A DNA stretch of 64,000 bases from Trichinella spiralis (taxonomy: Eukaryota): positions 994,487 to 1,058,486 of the forward strand of contig NW_003526943.1 in assembly GCF_000181795.1 (NCBI RefSeq), read 5' to 3'. Shown here piece after piece: positions 60,927-64,000 of this stretch (position 1 is its first letter; each line of letters begins with the position of its first letter). The notes under the pieces are model-generated. The model was not told the DNA's origin. It was given only the letters and a program-made list of their open reading frames with translations, and searched no databases. The translations under genes were made by a program, and so were the position numbers.

Positions 60927-63652
60927 TATTCTAGTTATCAATGAAAGTATTTTTATAAAATTGTTTTTTAATAATGAAATGATCATAACAGTGATCGTTC
61001 AATTCTAATTTATAAATTTAATTCGTATTGGAAATAAAATAAATTTGCTTTCTGATCAATTATGGAAATTCTCAACTGAAAACATATCCTTAGATTGAAA
61101 TAAAATGATTATAATACTTAAAAAATGGAAATGGAATAAATAACAGCCGTTGTAACAGGCATTAATTGCGGAGACTCCATTATTAAAAGTGTTTTGTATT
61201 TGACTAAACTGCGGCAACAATGAAATATTGCGCTTTTTTACACGCTCAGCTACTATATTGAAATCTGAAATAGATTGAATTCCTGCTTAGGTTTGAAATC
61301 AATAAATTTCCCAGAGAACGTTGATTTCCTTATTTGAGTCGATTGTTCACTTAACTTGAACTTGAATTTTGAAAATTAACATTGTTCAAGAAACTTCAAA
61401 TTTTAATCTATATATTTACATACAATTTTGGTGCTAGTATGAAGCATTCAAATTCAAGAAACTTCAGAGATTGTGCTTTTTCAATGTAAGAATATTGCCG
61501 GTTAGGCTACAAAAATTTTGCTATACGATCTCTTTGCTACTCTTTTGCACGGAAATCTTTAGTAAAAGGCGAAAGATTTGTTCGTTATGCAAAAGAGCAA
61601 GAGTGCATTATAACAATTCAAAACCTGCTTTTATAATTAATACTTTACATTCTAATTGGGTTTTACTACTATTTGTGAAGTGTAGCATAACTGTTTTATT
61701 TATATTATTTACTTTGTTTTTGATCTATACTACATTTTGAAAATCTTCTGATGCACATTTTTCACAATTCACAAAATACTTTGGTATATTATGAAAAGTG
61801 TGCTATCAGAACCGGTACAAATCTGAAAGTTTAGGGTATTGTCAAATTTAAAACACTACAGAAGCTATAAAACTGATATATTATAAGTGAGTTACTCAGA
61901 AATTTGGTTTATGCATTCTTTAATAAAAATAAAATTAAAAATAAATCATATTTTTTACATGTATAGGTAATATCAGTAGCTGCTGACATTTGTACAATGG
62001 TGCAAATTTTAAAATTTATGAAACTTTGTATTTCAATGTAACTGTCATATCAAAATATTTACCAGTGTAAGTGTGCTGGATTCAGACTAGCTGGCATGAA
62101 ATGAAGTTTGCTGCAAAATTGAGTAACTTAGTGATTCTTTACATAAATCAAATAAAAGTAGCAACTAAATTTAAACATATTTTTAAGCTATAAAAAAGGA
62201 ACGAAAATCAGTTGTATTTACATTGCACCGAGCAGGAAAATTCCATATACCGAAGTAGAGAAATAAAATTGCGTTTTGAAAAACAATTTTCAAGGTGCAA
62301 AATTTCATCGGTATTACTTTTTCAAAACTTGCCTTAGATTACATTATTTATTACTTACATTAAAATGAATTAAATGAAATATAAATGAGGGAAATGTACT
62401 GTTAGTGTACTTGCGGTATATTATGAAACTTCAAATCTGCAGCTGCTATTATAAACGTTGGGATCAACTGAGACATGCATTACAAATCTGCCTCTCAGAA
62501 TAATTGAGCACAAGCAACTCACAGTTACATAAAACATACGCAAGTTATTAACATAGCAAAGTTGAATATGAAGGAAAACGGCATGCATGTACTCAGATTA
62601 AGACCTAGTAAGGAGTATTCAATTACTAGCTCAGGCACGAAAAAATATTTATGCCAGATTCATAGCGTTTACAAAATAGCCTGACTTTATACTAAAATAT
62701 TGTATCAGCTACAAAATACTTCCTGCAGTTTTTGAAATTTTTTTAGCTCAAACCGCTTTCAAACATAGTGAGCAGTCAAAATTGCATAGCAGTTTCTTGC
62801 TTTCAACAGGGCTTGTGGCATAAATAAACAAAAAATGAAATCCAAATAGCATTCTTTAGTCAAATTTAGCTATAAGTAATTAAGCATCATTGTTTATTTC
62901 ATTTATTCAACTTTTTTATTTTATTCTTTTAGGCAGGGATTTTAATAATTGCTGTTGAATGTGAAATAAAATATTGTCGAATTTTATTCAGAGGAAAAAT
63001 ATTACTTTATACTGACTCAACACGCTTGCAGAAAACATAAATTTTATCTAGAATTTAACTATGAATATTATTTTAAGTAGAATCAAAAAAATTCAGATAA
63101 ACGCTATAAATAATATAGTAAATGATAAAATTACTTTCTCAGAAAATAAAATATAGCAATACTAATGACATCGAACAGATGAACATCATCAAAATTCTTT
63201 TCAACAGCACAATAAAAATTAAACATATGATACTGCTCGTAAAAATGGTAGGAAAACAGATGAAATAATTTAAAATACAGTACTGTGAGATTATATGGCG
63301 ATACTAAAAATGCAAATTAATAGCGCATTCCTGTTCATCTGAAAAACAGATTTTCTTCAGTACAGCATGAGTTGATTTGGAGGAAGATGTCAACTTTATG
63401 CTCAACAGTTGTTTTGAAAATTGTAAAATTATTGTTTGTGAGTTTTCAAAAAACGAATTCTAATAGTATTTTAAATGCAGCTTGTTCAATAAAACAGAAT
63501 TGTGCAAACAAGCCCGTGCGAAAGCTCGATAAACAATACATACTGAAGAAGCTTCACTTTTGTGTTGCTATTTATTACAGTTTTTTATTTCACAGCCAAC
63601 CTGAATTTGAAAGAAAATATTAACACTCATCTTGTTTGTTTTTAAAAGGCAA

Positions 63653-64000
63653 GTATTTTAAGCAAATTGAAATGATGCAAATTCAAAATGATTAATTATT
63701 GACTTCTGAAGCTTTTTCAGCTAAATAAATGTTTATGTCTATTTTCATATTTAATAAATTGAGTGTAAATATTGCAATAGGTAATGATTGACGTAGCAAT
63801 CATGTGGTTCGACGTTCATGCGTACATAAATTTAAGTAAGTAATGATTATTTAATAAAAGTGAAAGTTTTTTAAATGAAATTTCATTGTTACATTTATTT
63901 CATCATTAAGCACGCATTGTTTGCAAAATGACTGCAGTAAACAAAGTAATGAATATAAATAGGACCATATGATGGGAGCAGTAACAAAATTCAGACTGAA
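63653..64000 (+). repeat. Copy 2 of the duplicated promoter/5' region; a paralogous gene is predicted to start at ~64002
   Basis: The window ends in ...aacaaaattcagactgaa, which in copy 1 is followed by aATG AAG TTC. Confidence 0.88.

Noticed and set aside
62080..62130. ttcagact...gaaatgaagttt, resembling the start of the secreted gene (a third copy?)
   Set aside because: The similarity is short, lacks the upstream forkhead/TATA block, and the frame stops within a few codons.
1..64000. CRISPR arrays, rRNA, tRNA, SL RNA or prokaryotic operon systems
   Set aside because: None recognised. The window is eukaryotic and its repeats are simple microsatellites. A tRNAscan/Infernal run would be needed to exclude small RNAs fully.

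Overview
This is AT-rich eukaryotic genomic DNA with many ~50-60 nt introns and TTTCAG/TTTTAG acceptors. It is most consistent with a clade I parasitic nematode, probably Trichinella; that taxon call is an inference. Hand-spliced gene models in order: a CK1/TTBK-type kinase (-, runs off the left edge); a 945-aa C2H2 zinc-finger protein (-); a signal-peptide-bearing EndoU endoribonuclease (-); two orphan exons (+); an orphan type-I membrane protein (-); LTR-retrotransposon debris; a divergent MGAT2/GnT-II paralog (+); SGSM3 (+); a compact ZC3H11A-like protein (+); a canonical MGAT2 (-); YME1L (+); a FoxL2/FKH-6-like forkhead gene (+); unc-80 (+, ~17 kb); a decayed piggyBac (-); and a 104-aa secreted twin-CX3C protein absent from the ORF track. 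That last gene has a 12-nt micro-exon and a forkhead-site/TATA promoter that is duplicated exactly 3772 bp downstream, so a second paralog should start just past the window. The best leads are this tandem secreted micro-exon gene family, the MGAT2 paralog with an intact catalytic core but a replaced acceptor-recognition loop, the secreted EndoU, and the FoxL2/FKH-6-like gene with a TCF/Helper-type upstream element. All homology calls come from motif recognition, not database searches.
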